DNA of 55,874 nucleotides, taken from an uncultured Gammaproteobacteria bacterium (GTDB lineage: Bacteria; Patescibacteriota; Patescibacteriia; Buchananbacterales; UBA6539). The DNA is taken from positions 1 to 55,874 of the forward strand of contig CAYXZR010000003.1 of the NCBI GenBank assembly GCA_964470025.1, in the 5' to 3' direction. The notes beneath the pieces were generated by a model, which did no database searches, was not told the DNA's origin, and worked only from the letters and a program-made list of their open reading frames with translations. The translations under genes were made by a program, and so were the position numbers. Below, one piece after another: positions 37,567 to 45,335 of this stretch. Each line of letters starts with the position of its first letter. The stretch's first letter is position 1.

Positions 37567-37656
37567 TTAAAAATCTTCGAGATATGCAGTTGCGGAGAGA
37601 AGTAGAAGAACAACATCAGCCAGTATCAGTACGACTAATGCGAGTTCTTGGAGCAT
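37567..37656 (-). CDS. Tiny hydrophobic ORF (29 aa), lysis-accessory candidate
   Basis: MLQELALVVLILADVVLLLLSATAYLEDF. Packed between the 37659 stop and the terS ATG. Below the ORF-track cutoff. Confidence 0.3.
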   Translation of the reverse strand: MLQELALVVLILADVVLLLLSATAYLEDF

Positions 37657-37658
37657 TG

Positions 37659-37799
37659 CTACCAGCCAAGAGCCGTTAAAAGTGTAACCGCAGCTTCAAT
37701 TGCTTCGGTTGACACAGTTAAACCCGTAAGGCCAACAACTAAAGATACAACAATGGTTTTGCCCTTTCGTGTTTTTAAAAACTTCTTTATAGCTTCCAT
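37659..37799 (-). CDS. Small membrane protein (46 aa), lysis-accessory candidate
   Basis: MEAIKKFLKTRKGKTIVVSLVVGLTGLTV... from ATG 37799. The longer track ORF to 38006 crosses an AT-rich spacer. Confidence 0.4.
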   Translation of the reverse strand: MEAIKKFLKTRKGKTIVVSLVVGLTGLTVSTEAIEAAVTLLTALGW

Positions 37800-37965
37800 A
37801 ATTAAATACCTTGTTAGTTTTGTTAAACCGAACTTAATGACTCTAGCTAGTAGCCAGTGCACTAAATAACTCGACCAAATAAAACAAGCTGACTCCAACT
37901 TGCTTCGTTGTTTGTGATTAAAAAGCGATTTAATTGAGCAGTGGCGATTGCTTGATTGATATATA

Positions 37966-38370
37966 TCATTTGTATACAAACTCAGCTTTAAGCCATTCTT
38001 GCACATTGAAGTTGGGGCAAGTCTTGCTACTGTCTAATTCGTTGTGACCAACAATACTTGCGTTAGGGAATTCACATTGCAGGTACTTTAAGTACGACTT
38101 TAATGCAGACAATTGAAACGGCTCGAACTTATTTCGACCAATCAAACAAACGCCAATTGAATTTGTGTTATGTCCGTTAACGTGTGCGCCAGTCCAGTAC
38201 CAAGGGCGACCATACTCAATCTTACCGCTGCGCTGAATAACTGCGTGATAACCGATACCATCCCAATTGCGCTCTTTATGCCAACGGTGAATATCTTCCG
38301 CTGTATGCTCTCGCTCGTCTGGTGTATCAGAACAATGAATAACGATGTGTTTAATATCAGTTGCTTTCAT
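37966..38370 (-). CDS. Endolysin, N-acetylmuramoyl-L-alanine amidase (Amidase_2/PGRP, T7-lysozyme-like)
   Basis: IVIHCSDT, GIGYHAVI, AHVNGHN, GHNELD..KTCPNF motifs. Confidence 0.9.
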   Translation of the reverse strand: MKATDIKHIVIHCSDTPDEREHTAEDIHRWHKERNWDGIGYHAVIQRSGKIEYGRPWYWTGAHVNGHNTNSIGVCLIGRNKFEPFQLSALKSYLKYLQCEFPNASIVGHNELDSSKTCPNFNVQEWLKAEFVYK

Positions 38371-38557
38371 TCTTCTCAGCTTGTTCTTTATTGAGTTGAA
38401 AGTTTTTGTTCTGAAAGTAAAGGTTCACCGCAAATGTCAAAAGACCTACCACAAAACCGCCTATCGCCAGCCATTCCGTTAGTGATAGACCACTGACAAC
38501 AGTAATTGCGCTTGCTGTGTAAGTTGCAGCACTCGCATTGGTAATGTGGTCAGACAT
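38357..38557 (-). CDS. Holin candidate (66 aa)
   Basis: Hydrophobic core ITVVSGLSLTEWLAIGGFVVGLLTFAVNLYF and charged C-terminus. Overlaps the endolysin start by 14 nt. Confidence 0.65.
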   Translation of the reverse strand: MSDHITNASAATYTASAITVVSGLSLTEWLAIGGFVVGLLTFAVNLYFQNKNFQLNKEQAEKNESN

Positions 38558-38584
38558 GAGTTATTTAATTTTCCTTGGTGCAGA

Positions 38585-38614
38585 AACGAAAAAACCCCGC
38601 ATAAGCGAGGTTTT
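38585..38614 (-). terminator. Intrinsic terminator in the late leader (tR'-like)
   Basis: Minus strand reads CCTCGCttatGCGGGGTTTTTCGTTT, between the promoter-like site and the holin ATG. Confidence 0.7.
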
Positions 38615-38663
38615 GAATTTGATTGGTTAGGGCGTTAATGGGAAAAACGCCCAAGATAGAAAT

Positions 38664-38691
38664 ATCGTATCTTTTTTCGGGGGTAAGTCAA
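38664..38691 (-). promoter_or_regulatory. Late promoter candidate (PR'-like) with TTACCCCCGAAA element in the spacer
   Basis: Minus strand: TTGACT-tacccccgaaaaaaga-TACGAT (16-nt spacer). The 12-mer at 38675..38686 is repeated at 16526..16537. Confidence 0.45.
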
Positions 38692-38749
38692 TAGGGTGTA
38701 TGAATAAACAGTTATCCTTTAAGAAGATTGGTTACTTAAAGGACGACTT

Positions 38750-40024
38750 CTAAGCCCTCGCTCGCCAATCATCAATGTGAATAATCTTCTCTGGATCTGC
38801 CTTGATTGATTCCAGTCGCAAGAACCAAGCTTTGTACGCCTCGGCCTGTTCTTTTAAATAGCTGTGTTTGTCATAAGTTTCAAACACGCCACCTAATTTA
38901 TGCCCTAGCATTTTTTCAGAAACGTGGGGTTGTGTTAACTCTGACCAATTAGTACGCGCAGTTCTACGCAAGTCATGACAAGTAAAATCTTCTATTTCAT
39001 ATGCCAGGTGTTTTTTAGAATAGTTACAAATGTGTCTTGGTAGAGGCAAAGTACAAGTTCGCCCCATCACTTTGTCGCTATTTTCATTTGTGAACATATA
39101 CTTGTTGCTACCAGATAAATTGAAAGCAGCTTCAATATACGGCTTAATCTCGTCAATAATTGGACGTTGAATAGCAGCCGGCTTTTCTTTACGTGAAACC
39201 TTGTTTAATTCTGGCGGCACAGTCCAAATCATCTTGTCAAAATCAAAATGGGAGCGTTCAGCACAACGCAGTTCTTGAGTACGACAGCCAAAGAACAACA
39301 ACAAATAAACGAGCAATGCGTTTTTACGTGACATGCGACATTCATCGAGCGCACGAATAACATAATGTAGTTCCATATTAGATAGCGTTCGTTCCCGCGG
39401 TACTTTAATTATACCCAAATCTTTGGCACCAATATTCTGTAATGGATTTTCAGTAATAAAGTTTCGTTTAATAGCCCATTTACCAATCTGCTTAATAGAG
39501 GTGAGCAATTGATTAGAGCGAATCGGGTATTTAGCTTTGACCTGCTCAAGCATTTTTAACCAACCTTGGAGCGTCACATCATCCCACGGCAAATCACCAA
39601 ACTGACTCACCACATATTTATCGAGTGGTCCTTTATATAATTTCTGAGCGTTTTTCTTTTCGACAGCACAAACCTTTGTGAACCACTCTTCAACTAAATA
39701 ACCAACTGTCACTTTATTAATGTTGTCACTAATAGATGTTTTACGAACAATCCTTGGATCTTTACCCTCTTTAACTAGCCGCTTCCATTTAATCGCATCT
39801 TCACGCGCTTGCTTGAGTGACATTTGCGGATAATTCCCCAAGTCAAACCAAACCTGTTCGTATCCGCTATTTTTAGTTGCATTTGGCCAGCGATAACGCA
39901 GCTGAAAAGTAATAGTGCCAGTTGTGGAAATTCTCGCGCCCATTGAATCACGGTCGGAAACGAAAAAGCGCTTTTCCTGCGGTTTGTTCAAAGTTGTTTT
40001 TAAGAATTTGTCTGTAAGCGCCAT
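38750..40024 (-). CDS. int: Tyrosine integrase (P4-type, DUF4102 N-terminal arm-binding domain)
   Basis: N-terminus LTDKFLK...FQLRYRW. Catalytic region ...CHDLRRTARTNW...LGHK...Y. Confidence 0.9.
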   Translation of the reverse strand: MALTDKFLKTTLNKPQEKRFFVSDRDSMGARISTTGTITFQLRYRWPNATKNSGYEQVWFDLGNYPQMSLKQAREDAIKWKRLVKEGKDPRIVRKTSISDNINKVTVGYLVEEWFTKVCAVEKKNAQKLYKGPLDKYVVSQFGDLPWDDVTLQGWLKMLEQVKAKYPIRSNQLLTSIKQIGKWAIKRNFITENPLQNIGAKDLGIIKVPRERTLSNMELHYVIRALDECRMSRKNALLVYLLLFFGCRTQELRCAERSHFDFDKMIWTVPPELNKVSRKEKPAAIQRPIIDEIKPYIEAAFNLSGSNKYMFTNENSDKVMGRTCTLPLPRHICNYSKKHLAYEIEDFTCHDLRRTARTNWSELTQPHVSEKMLGHKLGGVFETYDKHSYLKEQAEAYKAWFLRLESIKADPEKIIHIDDWRARA

Positions 40025-40050
40025 TGTTACTAGATCCTCGGCTGTTTTGT

Positions 40051-40377
40051 GTAGCCAGCATGTTCACATTGGCTAAAATTGTGTTTTGGCTACACACATG
40101 GCTACACATTTAAATTTGCTGATACTTTCCGTTTGTTGCTGAAACTTTCTTGAAATAAGATTGGTTCAGCCCTCAAATAATAGCGCTTTACAAGATTTCT
40201 TGAAATGCTTTTGCTGAAACTTTCTTGAACTTTCCGGTAACTCTTCATATATGACTGACATGAAAGCAATTGTTGATAAAAACGAGATTTAACAACAAGT
40301 TAGGTCTTTATTAGTAGCCAGCAAATTCACGCTGGCTACACATTTGGCTACACAAAATACTTTTCTTAAACTTTCCG
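40051..40377. repeat. attP-like array of integrase/accessory binding-site repeats
   Basis: TGGCTACACA x4 (40087, 40099, 40333, 40345). GTAGCCAGCA-N2-TTCAC-N2-TGGCTA x2 (40051, 40314). TTGCTGAAACTTTCTTGAA x2 (40136, 40211). ACTTTCCG x3 (40124, 40229, 40370). Confidence 0.6.
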
Positions 40378-40453
40378 AAACTTGCTTAAACTTATTTAAA
40401 GCGCACAAAATGTTACATTGTAACAATTCCTAGCATTTCCTAGTTTCAGTTAT

Positions 40454-40480
40454 AAAAAAACCAGCACTAGGCTGGCTTTC
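40454..40480 (-). terminator. Intrinsic terminator ending the early-left operon
   Basis: Minus strand reads CCAGCctagtGCTGGTTTTTTTA (5-bp stem, T7). Confidence 0.55.
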
Positions 40481-40503
40481 GTTTATTGATGTTTGAATGA
40501 CAA

Positions 40504-40710
40504 CTAATCATCTTGTGATAATTCCCAATCTTCATAACCAATGCTTTTTTCGTCATCATCGGTTGCAAGGTCATTGAGAAATCGAATGTTGTGCCCACAA
40601 TGTTCTTTCATGAATCTCATTAGCTTATCGGGGCTGTAAAAGTAATCTGACTGACCGCACCAGTAAGTCACTTTGCAGTCATCGCAGACTATTGAGTAAG
40701 TTGTGCTCAT
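40504..40710 (-). CDS. Hypothetical Cys/His-containing acidic-tailed protein (68 aa)
   Basis: GGTGG SD upstream. CDDC...C...H.H pattern. Confidence 0.6.
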   Translation of the reverse strand: MSTTYSIVCDDCKVTYWCGQSDYFYSPDKLMRFMKEHCGHNIRFLNDLATDDDEKSIGYEDWELSQDD

Positions 40711-40767
40711 AACACCACCTTCTAAGTATTTTCTAATTCATCCGTCATTAAATCCCACTCTACCACT

Positions 40768-40929
40768 TTAAAATCTCCTGCGAAATCTTGGGTTGCGCTT
40801 TCTGTCGGCTTTTGTGCGTCTAACTTGAACTTGAGTATCTTTTGTTATGAATAACTCAGGGTTACAACCTTTTGATACCAAAGCTGCGGTTAGTGCTAAT
40901 AGGCGGCTTTTCGGTATTTTGTTATTCAC
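40768..40929 (-). CDS. Possible small basic ORF (53 aa, GTG start)
   Basis: The GTG overlaps the last codons of 40922..41284. Fills an otherwise empty 210-nt gap. Below the track cutoff. Confidence 0.3.
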   Translation of the reverse strand: MNNKIPKSRLLALTAALVSKGCNPELFITKDTQVQVRRTKADRKRNPRFRRRF

Positions 40930-41284
40930 TGCTAGTCACCTTTTTAATCAACTCTCTAACCTTAACCAAATCTATCGAGCAACCATCTTCACGAATGGAT
41001 AATTTATCGAGTCCAGTGCATTCAGTTAAAATACATTCGATAATATCGACTAACTCAGCTTTTTCGGCTTGTAGCCTCTCTATGTCATTTGTTAGCTGCT
41101 GGTTTACAAAGTCTGCTTTTAAATACCGTACAGCTTCACTTGCGTCATGCTGGCTAGTTGGTGCTGGTTCATCACTCCAAACATGGCCATGCTCTGTATC
41201 TGGTATTAGGTAGATTTCGTTAGGTGTTTTCACTGGGGTTTTCCTTAGAAATTTAATGAATGCGCGAGGGCTAGTGAATGTCAT
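40922..41284 (-). CDS. Hypothetical protein (120 aa)
   Basis: ATG shares ATGA with the upstream small ORF. C-terminal coiled segment. Confidence 0.7.
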   Translation of the reverse strand: MTFTSPRAFIKFLRKTPVKTPNEIYLIPDTEHGHVWSDEPAPTSQHDASEAVRYLKADFVNQQLTNDIERLQAEKAELVDIIECILTECTGLDKLSIREDGCSIDLVKVRELIKKVTSSE

Positions 41285-41439
41285 ATATCCTCACTTGCTT
41301 TTTTCACTAAATCCTCATTGCGCTTTTCGTAGTAGGCTTCACTAACATACCTAGCCAACTCTGGATTAAATAAAGCTGAAAAGGCTAAAAACAAATAAGC
41401 AAAAAAGTATTCCATCCTGAGTGATATTTCTTTGATCAT
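41281..41439 (-). CDS. Small membrane protein candidate (52 aa), not in ORF track
   Basis: MIKEISLRMEYFFAYLFLAFSALF... ATGA start/stop overlaps at both ends (41436..41439 and 41281..41284). Confidence 0.5.
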   Translation of the reverse strand: MIKEISLRMEYFFAYLFLAFSALFNPELARYVSEAYYEKRNEDLVKKASEDI

Positions 41440-41726
41440 GCTGCCCCCAAATCCAAACTAACCTGGTGTGGATTCATTGGTGCTGGTCTATTTGTCACAT
41501 CAACCACGTTTATGTATGGCTCTTGCTTATAGTTTGGGCATAACTCAGTCATAAACACTTCTGTTTTAGTTTTTGAGCATCTGCCGTACCTTGTGCGTGT
41601 TTTTCTTCCTGTTTCTTTACCAATGCCATTTTTGTATGTATGCGGGCAGTGTTCGTCATCTTTAAACCCAATTGGCGTGTAGTGTTGGCAACTGCAGCAA
41701 GATTTGGGTAGTGTTAGTTTATTCAT
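41436..41726 (-). CDS. Cys-rich hypothetical protein (96 aa)
   Basis: CCSC...C.H...C...C pattern. Ends ...LGAA. Confidence 0.7.
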   Translation of the reverse strand: MNKLTLPKSCCSCQHYTPIGFKDDEHCPHTYKNGIGKETGRKTRTRYGRCSKTKTEVFMTELCPNYKQEPYINVVDVTNRPAPMNPHQVSLDLGAA

Positions 41727-42364
41727 GCTGCTTTCTCCTTGACCTCAAGCGCTCGCCTCAATCTACTAGATTCATGTTGACTATCTCTAAGCGCCTTTTT
41801 TTGCTCATTACAAAGTTTTACTAATCTACTGTTCTCACGCCTTGCCGCTTTTAAGTCCTCGTTGTACTTCTCAACATCACCGAGGCGAGCAAGCAATCTA
41901 ACCAGTAAAAAAGTTTCTCTTTCGTAGTCAGACTTAAAAAACATCGTCTTTAGCGCTTCAGTTCTATAATTCCAACTGTTGTTTAAAAATGGGGATACAA
42001 TAGACTTCACATGACCACGAGTATTTACATACAACAAGCCCCATTTGGGCGGCAGTTCTTCGGGCTTGATTAGGTCAACTGGACACATGTAATAGCGCCA
42101 ATTGCCCATGCCGACTGTTTCACCGCTTCTGTGTGGCTTTTTAGCATCACTGAGAAAATCAGAGCGAGATACTTTAACTTCAACCAAATGCGAACCATCA
42201 TCACCGCCACCACTCATGCGAAAGCCGATTGCATCAGGTATTTCACCCGACCAACCGCTTGCCACCTCTGCTACTGCAAAATTACAAGCGGGGCCTTTCT
42301 GTGAATATGGACGCTGCAACCACTTAACAGCAATGTCACACAAGTTTTTATGGTTTAGTTCCAT
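41723..42364 (-). CDS. PD-(D/E)XK-fold protein (MmcB-like) with C-terminal coiled coil (213 aa from ATG 42364)
   Basis: ...EIPDAIGF...HLVEVKVSRSDFLSD.KK motif order D...E.K. Ends ...KEKAA. Confidence 0.5.
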   Translation of the reverse strand: MELNHKNLCDIAVKWLQRPYSQKGPACNFAVAEVASGWSGEIPDAIGFRMSGGGDDGSHLVEVKVSRSDFLSDAKKPHRSGETVGMGNWRYYMCPVDLIKPEELPPKWGLLYVNTRGHVKSIVSPFLNNSWNYRTEALKTMFFKSDYERETFLLVRLLARLGDVEKYNEDLKAARRENSRLVKLCNEQKKALRDSQHESSRLRRALEVKEKAA

Positions 42365-42614
42365 TATGCAGCCGCCCAAAAATAGCCAATCGTCTCATTT
42401 GGTTTAACGTCATAGTTCTACCCGAAATACTAAGTAATTTAATGGTGCGAGGATTGGTGGTTTCTATAACTTTGTACTTTGACGTGGTTCTTATATTGTA
42501 TAAGTAACCTGTCGCAACCTTTGCTGAAACTCCCATCTCCTTTCCCAGTGTCTCAGCTGTGTATGCTCGCCCTGTTTGAAGCATGTGTTCTGCGGCTTTT
42601 AATGTTGAGTTCAT
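42348..42614 (-). CDS. Hypothetical winged-helix-like protein (88 aa)
   Basis: ORF track. The 3' end may be mis-framed (see finding at 42364..42382). Confidence 0.6.
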   Translation of the reverse strand: MNSTLKAAEHMLQTGRAYTAETLGKEMGVSAKVATGYLYNIRTTSKYKVIETTNPRTIKLLSISGRTMTLNQMRRLAIFGRLHNGTKP

Positions 42615-43318
42615 ACAGCCACCTCAGCCAACACTTGATCCACGTTTTTATGTATGACCTCAAATTCGATTACCCATACCCAAGGGTTTTCATCCCAATT
42701 TGAGTAAATTGAATTCCAAATGTGATAAAAGCCATTTTTGTAATAAGGTTGATGAAACACTTTGCCGATATCATCGACAAACATAGGTGAAACACCTTCT
42801 TGCTTGGCTTCTTCTTCCCCAATATCTTGAACTCGCTCAACCCTTAAATCAGTTACGCGCAGAGTTAAACGGCTTGCCCAGCGGGGCATGTGAATTGATG
42901 GTTTCCAAGTTTCCTCCCCTGTATCACAGCCCATAGCTCTATATATTGGTGAGCCACTGGAAGGGCAGTTGCATGGTGACTCACTGCAACTACACTCAGT
43001 TGAAGAATCGAACAATCTAAATGTCTCACGAACCCAAATTAAATCACCTACTTTTGCAATACCTTGACCTATAGCTAAAACACCCTCACTTTCATATTCT
43101 GGGCTGCAAACCAAAAACTCTGGCTTGCGTGTAATTCCTTTATCATCCAACCAAGAATCGTAAGACAGTGATACTATTTCTTCATTGCCCAAACGCCCGC
43201 AAATATACCCTATGTCGCTTTGGTACTTTTCTTTAACTGGCCTTCTTGTAACAGTCTTATTACCCGTTACTAGCGCTTTAACCATTTCTTGGTTGAATAT
43301 CATTGGTGTTGTTTTCAT
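42611..43318 (-). CDS. Hypothetical protein, ASCH/PUA-like N-terminus (235 aa)
   Basis: MIFNQEMVKALVTGNKTVTRRPV start is typical of ASCH-like phage proteins (from memory). Confidence 0.45.
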   Translation of the reverse strand: MKTTPMIFNQEMVKALVTGNKTVTRRPVKEKYQSDIGYICGRLGNEEIVSLSYDSWLDDKGITRKPEFLVCSPEYESEGVLAIGQGIAKVGDLIWVRETFRLFDSSTECSCSESPCNCPSSGSPIYRAMGCDTGEETWKPSIHMPRWASRLTLRVTDLRVERVQDIGEEEAKQEGVSPMFVDDIGKVFHQPYYKNGFYHIWNSIYSNWDENPWVWVIEFEVIHKNVDQVLAEVAV

Positions 43319-43497
43319 GCTGGCCCCTTGATGCCAAGATAAAAAGCAAAGCTATCGCCCGCTTCGTAATAAACACTGTCTAAATAGTCTTGGTAACGCT
43401 GCTGGCTTCTGGTTAGCTTTCTCGGCTCGCCCATCTCTAAATACCCTTTGTCGCAAGATGGGCACTTACTTGCCCCATCCCAATTAATCTCAAACAT
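43315..43497 (-). CDS. Hypothetical protein (60 aa)
   Basis: CGAGGATCT SD motif upstream. CPSC motif. Confidence 0.6.
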   Translation of the reverse strand: MFEINWDGASKCPSCDKGYLEMGEPRKLTRSQQRYQDYLDSVYYEAGDSFAFYLGIKGPA

Positions 43498-43543
43498 TTC
43501 TAGATCCTCGCTCTCAATCGGCTAATTGAGTGTTATTGTTGGG

Positions 43544-43747
43544 CTAAGCAGCCTCTTGATTGTTGTTAATCCAGCTTTCAACCTCGCTTGCTTTCCAGCG
43601 TCTTGTGCGGGTATTTGGGCGAATTGGCTTAGGAAAATTACCGCCTTTAACGTAATTGAATAAAGTGCGGTCTGATATTCCGCACATAACAGCCACTTGC
43701 TTAGCGTTAAGTAGTGGCTCTTTTGCTAGTTCGTGAATATTGTTCAT
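43544..43747 (-). CDS. AlpA/excisionase-family DNA-binding protein (67 aa)
   Basis: LLNAKQVAVMCGISDRTLFNYVKGGNFPKPIR...RRWKASEVESWI. Confidence 0.7.
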   Translation of the reverse strand: MNNIHELAKEPLLNAKQVAVMCGISDRTLFNYVKGGNFPKPIRPNTRTRRWKASEVESWINNNQEAA

Positions 43748-44274
43748 GCTGCTTCTCCCAGTGACTTTTGCTTAATAACAGAGTTACCAGCGGCTTTTAT
43801 AATGTCGCGCTCAACAAAAGTAATATTTGTGCGAGAGCTAAGGCTTTTTGCATCGAATACACAGATACAAGAGCCGGCGGGAACACCTGTCACTTCTTTT
43901 TGGGTTAATGGATTAATGAAATTAACGCGACCTTCTGAAATAAACATGATGTGATTAGCTGCGTTATTTGGAAACCAGCCTTCACTAGGTAAAGCAGGGA
44001 TTAGCATTACAGTTGTAACGCCTTTTTTGCGCTGCTCGATTGCTTTATTAACAAAGGCTTCTTTCATGCCGCGGCTGTATGGCGGGTTACAAAAAGCAAC
44101 CGTACCTTCACCGCCCCAGTCTTGAGTTAATGCGCTATTTGCTTTAGTGAAGTATTGAGCGCACCAATGGAATTTGTCGCTAGCTGCTGCGTCTAGGTTG
44201 AATCCATAAATCGAATCCAACCAGAAGTACAACCAATTTGGCGTTTGCCATGTGTCTCTGTCGAAATCAGACAT
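43744..44274 (-). CDS. Phage Dam-family DNA N6-adenine methyltransferase (176 aa)
   Basis: DTWQTPNWLYFWL...FNLDAAAS...FCNPPYSRG matches the PF05869-type pattern from memory. Confidence 0.85.
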   Translation of the reverse strand: MSDFDRDTWQTPNWLYFWLDSIYGFNLDAAASDKFHWCAQYFTKANSALTQDWGGEGTVAFCNPPYSRGMKEAFVNKAIEQRKKGVTTVMLIPALPSEGWFPNNAANHIMFISEGRVNFINPLTQKEVTGVPAGSCICVFDAKSLSSRTNITFVERDIIKAAGNSVIKQKSLGEAA

Positions 44275-45335
44275 TAGTATTTAATCCCCATGTTTGGAAC
44301 TTGACCTTTAACCACAGCTATAACAGTGTTTCGAGCATTAAGAAGAGATAAGCCAGCATGTTCCATTAATGCGTTAAGAATTGCTTGATTAACTTGCTTT
44401 TGGTGTTCAACGTTTTCGCGTCTAGCCTGTTCGTCTGCTTCTTCTTTTGCTCTGGCTGCGGCTTCCGCCTCAGCCTTTTCTCTTGCCTCACGCTCAATTC
44501 GTGCACAAGTTTCAGCTTCGGCTTGCTGGGCTCTTTTCTGAGCTTCTTCGGCTTCACGCTGTTGCTTGGCCAGTTTTTCTTCAGCATCACGTTTAGCTTT
44601 TTCTTCTGCCTCAATAGCGCGTTGCTCTGCGGCTTCTTTATCGCGTTTAGCTTGAGCAATCGCCTCTTGGTTTTCGCGCTCAGCCTGTTCTCTAGCTTCG
44701 CGCTTCAACTGTTCTTCACGTTCAATACGAGCCCTTTCTTCAGCTTCTTTTTGCAGTTGGGCTTGCTTGGCTGCTTCGGCTTCTTTCTCTACCAGTAGAT
44801 CAACTTGATCATTCAAGGTCGATACAGCTTCTTCTTTGGCTAGGGCTGCGTCAGCCTTGAATTCTTCAAATGATTCATCAATTTTAATAGCCATCAAATG
44901 ATTAAGGGCTTCAGAAGCTTTAATTGACACTTCATACTTAACAAGAGCAACTTGCTTAATCTCAGTTATCTTCTGTTGAATATTTTTAACCCGCTCAATT
45001 TCCGCATTTTCCCAGTCAGTAAGAGGCTTGCGAATTTGGTCACGTAACGTGTCGCAAGCGTTAACAAACTCGCGTAATTCAGCTTCAATTTCCTTTGGTT
45101 TGGCCTTGATAAGTTTTAGGTAGTCTCGACCTGGCTTTTCAACTGCGGTTTTACTACGTGAAACTTGAGCAGCAAGGGACGCAATTCGCTTGCGCCCTGC
45201 TAATGTTTCAAGGTCTGGCACTTCACCAGATACTTGCTCACGAATATGGTCAAGGAAAGGCTGTAAGCCGTTTTTGACGTAGATAACTGGCGCATCTTTA
45301 GCGCCAATGTTTTCGATTTCAACTGGCAATGACAT
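44274..45335 (-). CDS. Hypothetical protein with long E/A/K/R-rich coiled-coil (353 aa)
   Basis: aa about 180-310 are low complexity (AEEKAKRDAEEKLAKQQREAEEAQKRA...). Confidence 0.75.
   Translation of the reverse strand: MSLPVEIENIGAKDAPVIYVKNGLQPFLDHIREQVSGEVPDLETLAGRKRIASLAAQVSRSKTAVEKPGRDYLKLIKAKPKEIEAELREFVNACDTLRDQIRKPLTDWENAEIERVKNIQQKITEIKQVALVKYEVSIKASEALNHLMAIKIDESFEEFKADAALAKEEAVSTLNDQVDLLVEKEAEAAKQAQLQKEAEERARIEREEQLKREAREQAERENQEAIAQAKRDKEAAEQRAIEAEEKAKRDAEEKLAKQQREAEEAQKRAQQAEAETCARIEREAREKAEAEAAARAKEEADEQARRENVEHQKQVNQAILNALMEHAGLSLLNARNTVIAVVKGQVPNMGIKY

Noticed and set aside
37659-38006. 115-aa version of the small membrane ORF overlapping the endolysin 3' end
   Set aside because: The N-terminal 69 aa cross an AT-rich non-coding spacer and look non-protein-like. 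The internal ATG 37799 gives a plausible 46-aa membrane peptide.
40157-40166. 10-nt identity AAGATTGGTT between the attP region and 38724..38733, as a core/att duplication
   Set aside because: A single 10-mer match in 56 kb is compatible with chance, and there is no flanking similarity.
40872-41213. 113-aa plus-strand ORF
   Set aside because: It is antisense to the coupled minus-strand gene chain, with no SD.
44366-44798. Two extra ORFs (44385..44798 plus strand, 44366..44659 minus strand) in the E/A/K-rich region
   Set aside because: The GAA/GCA/AAG-type low-complexity DNA keeps several frames open. Only the 353-aa frame is coupled to its neighbours.
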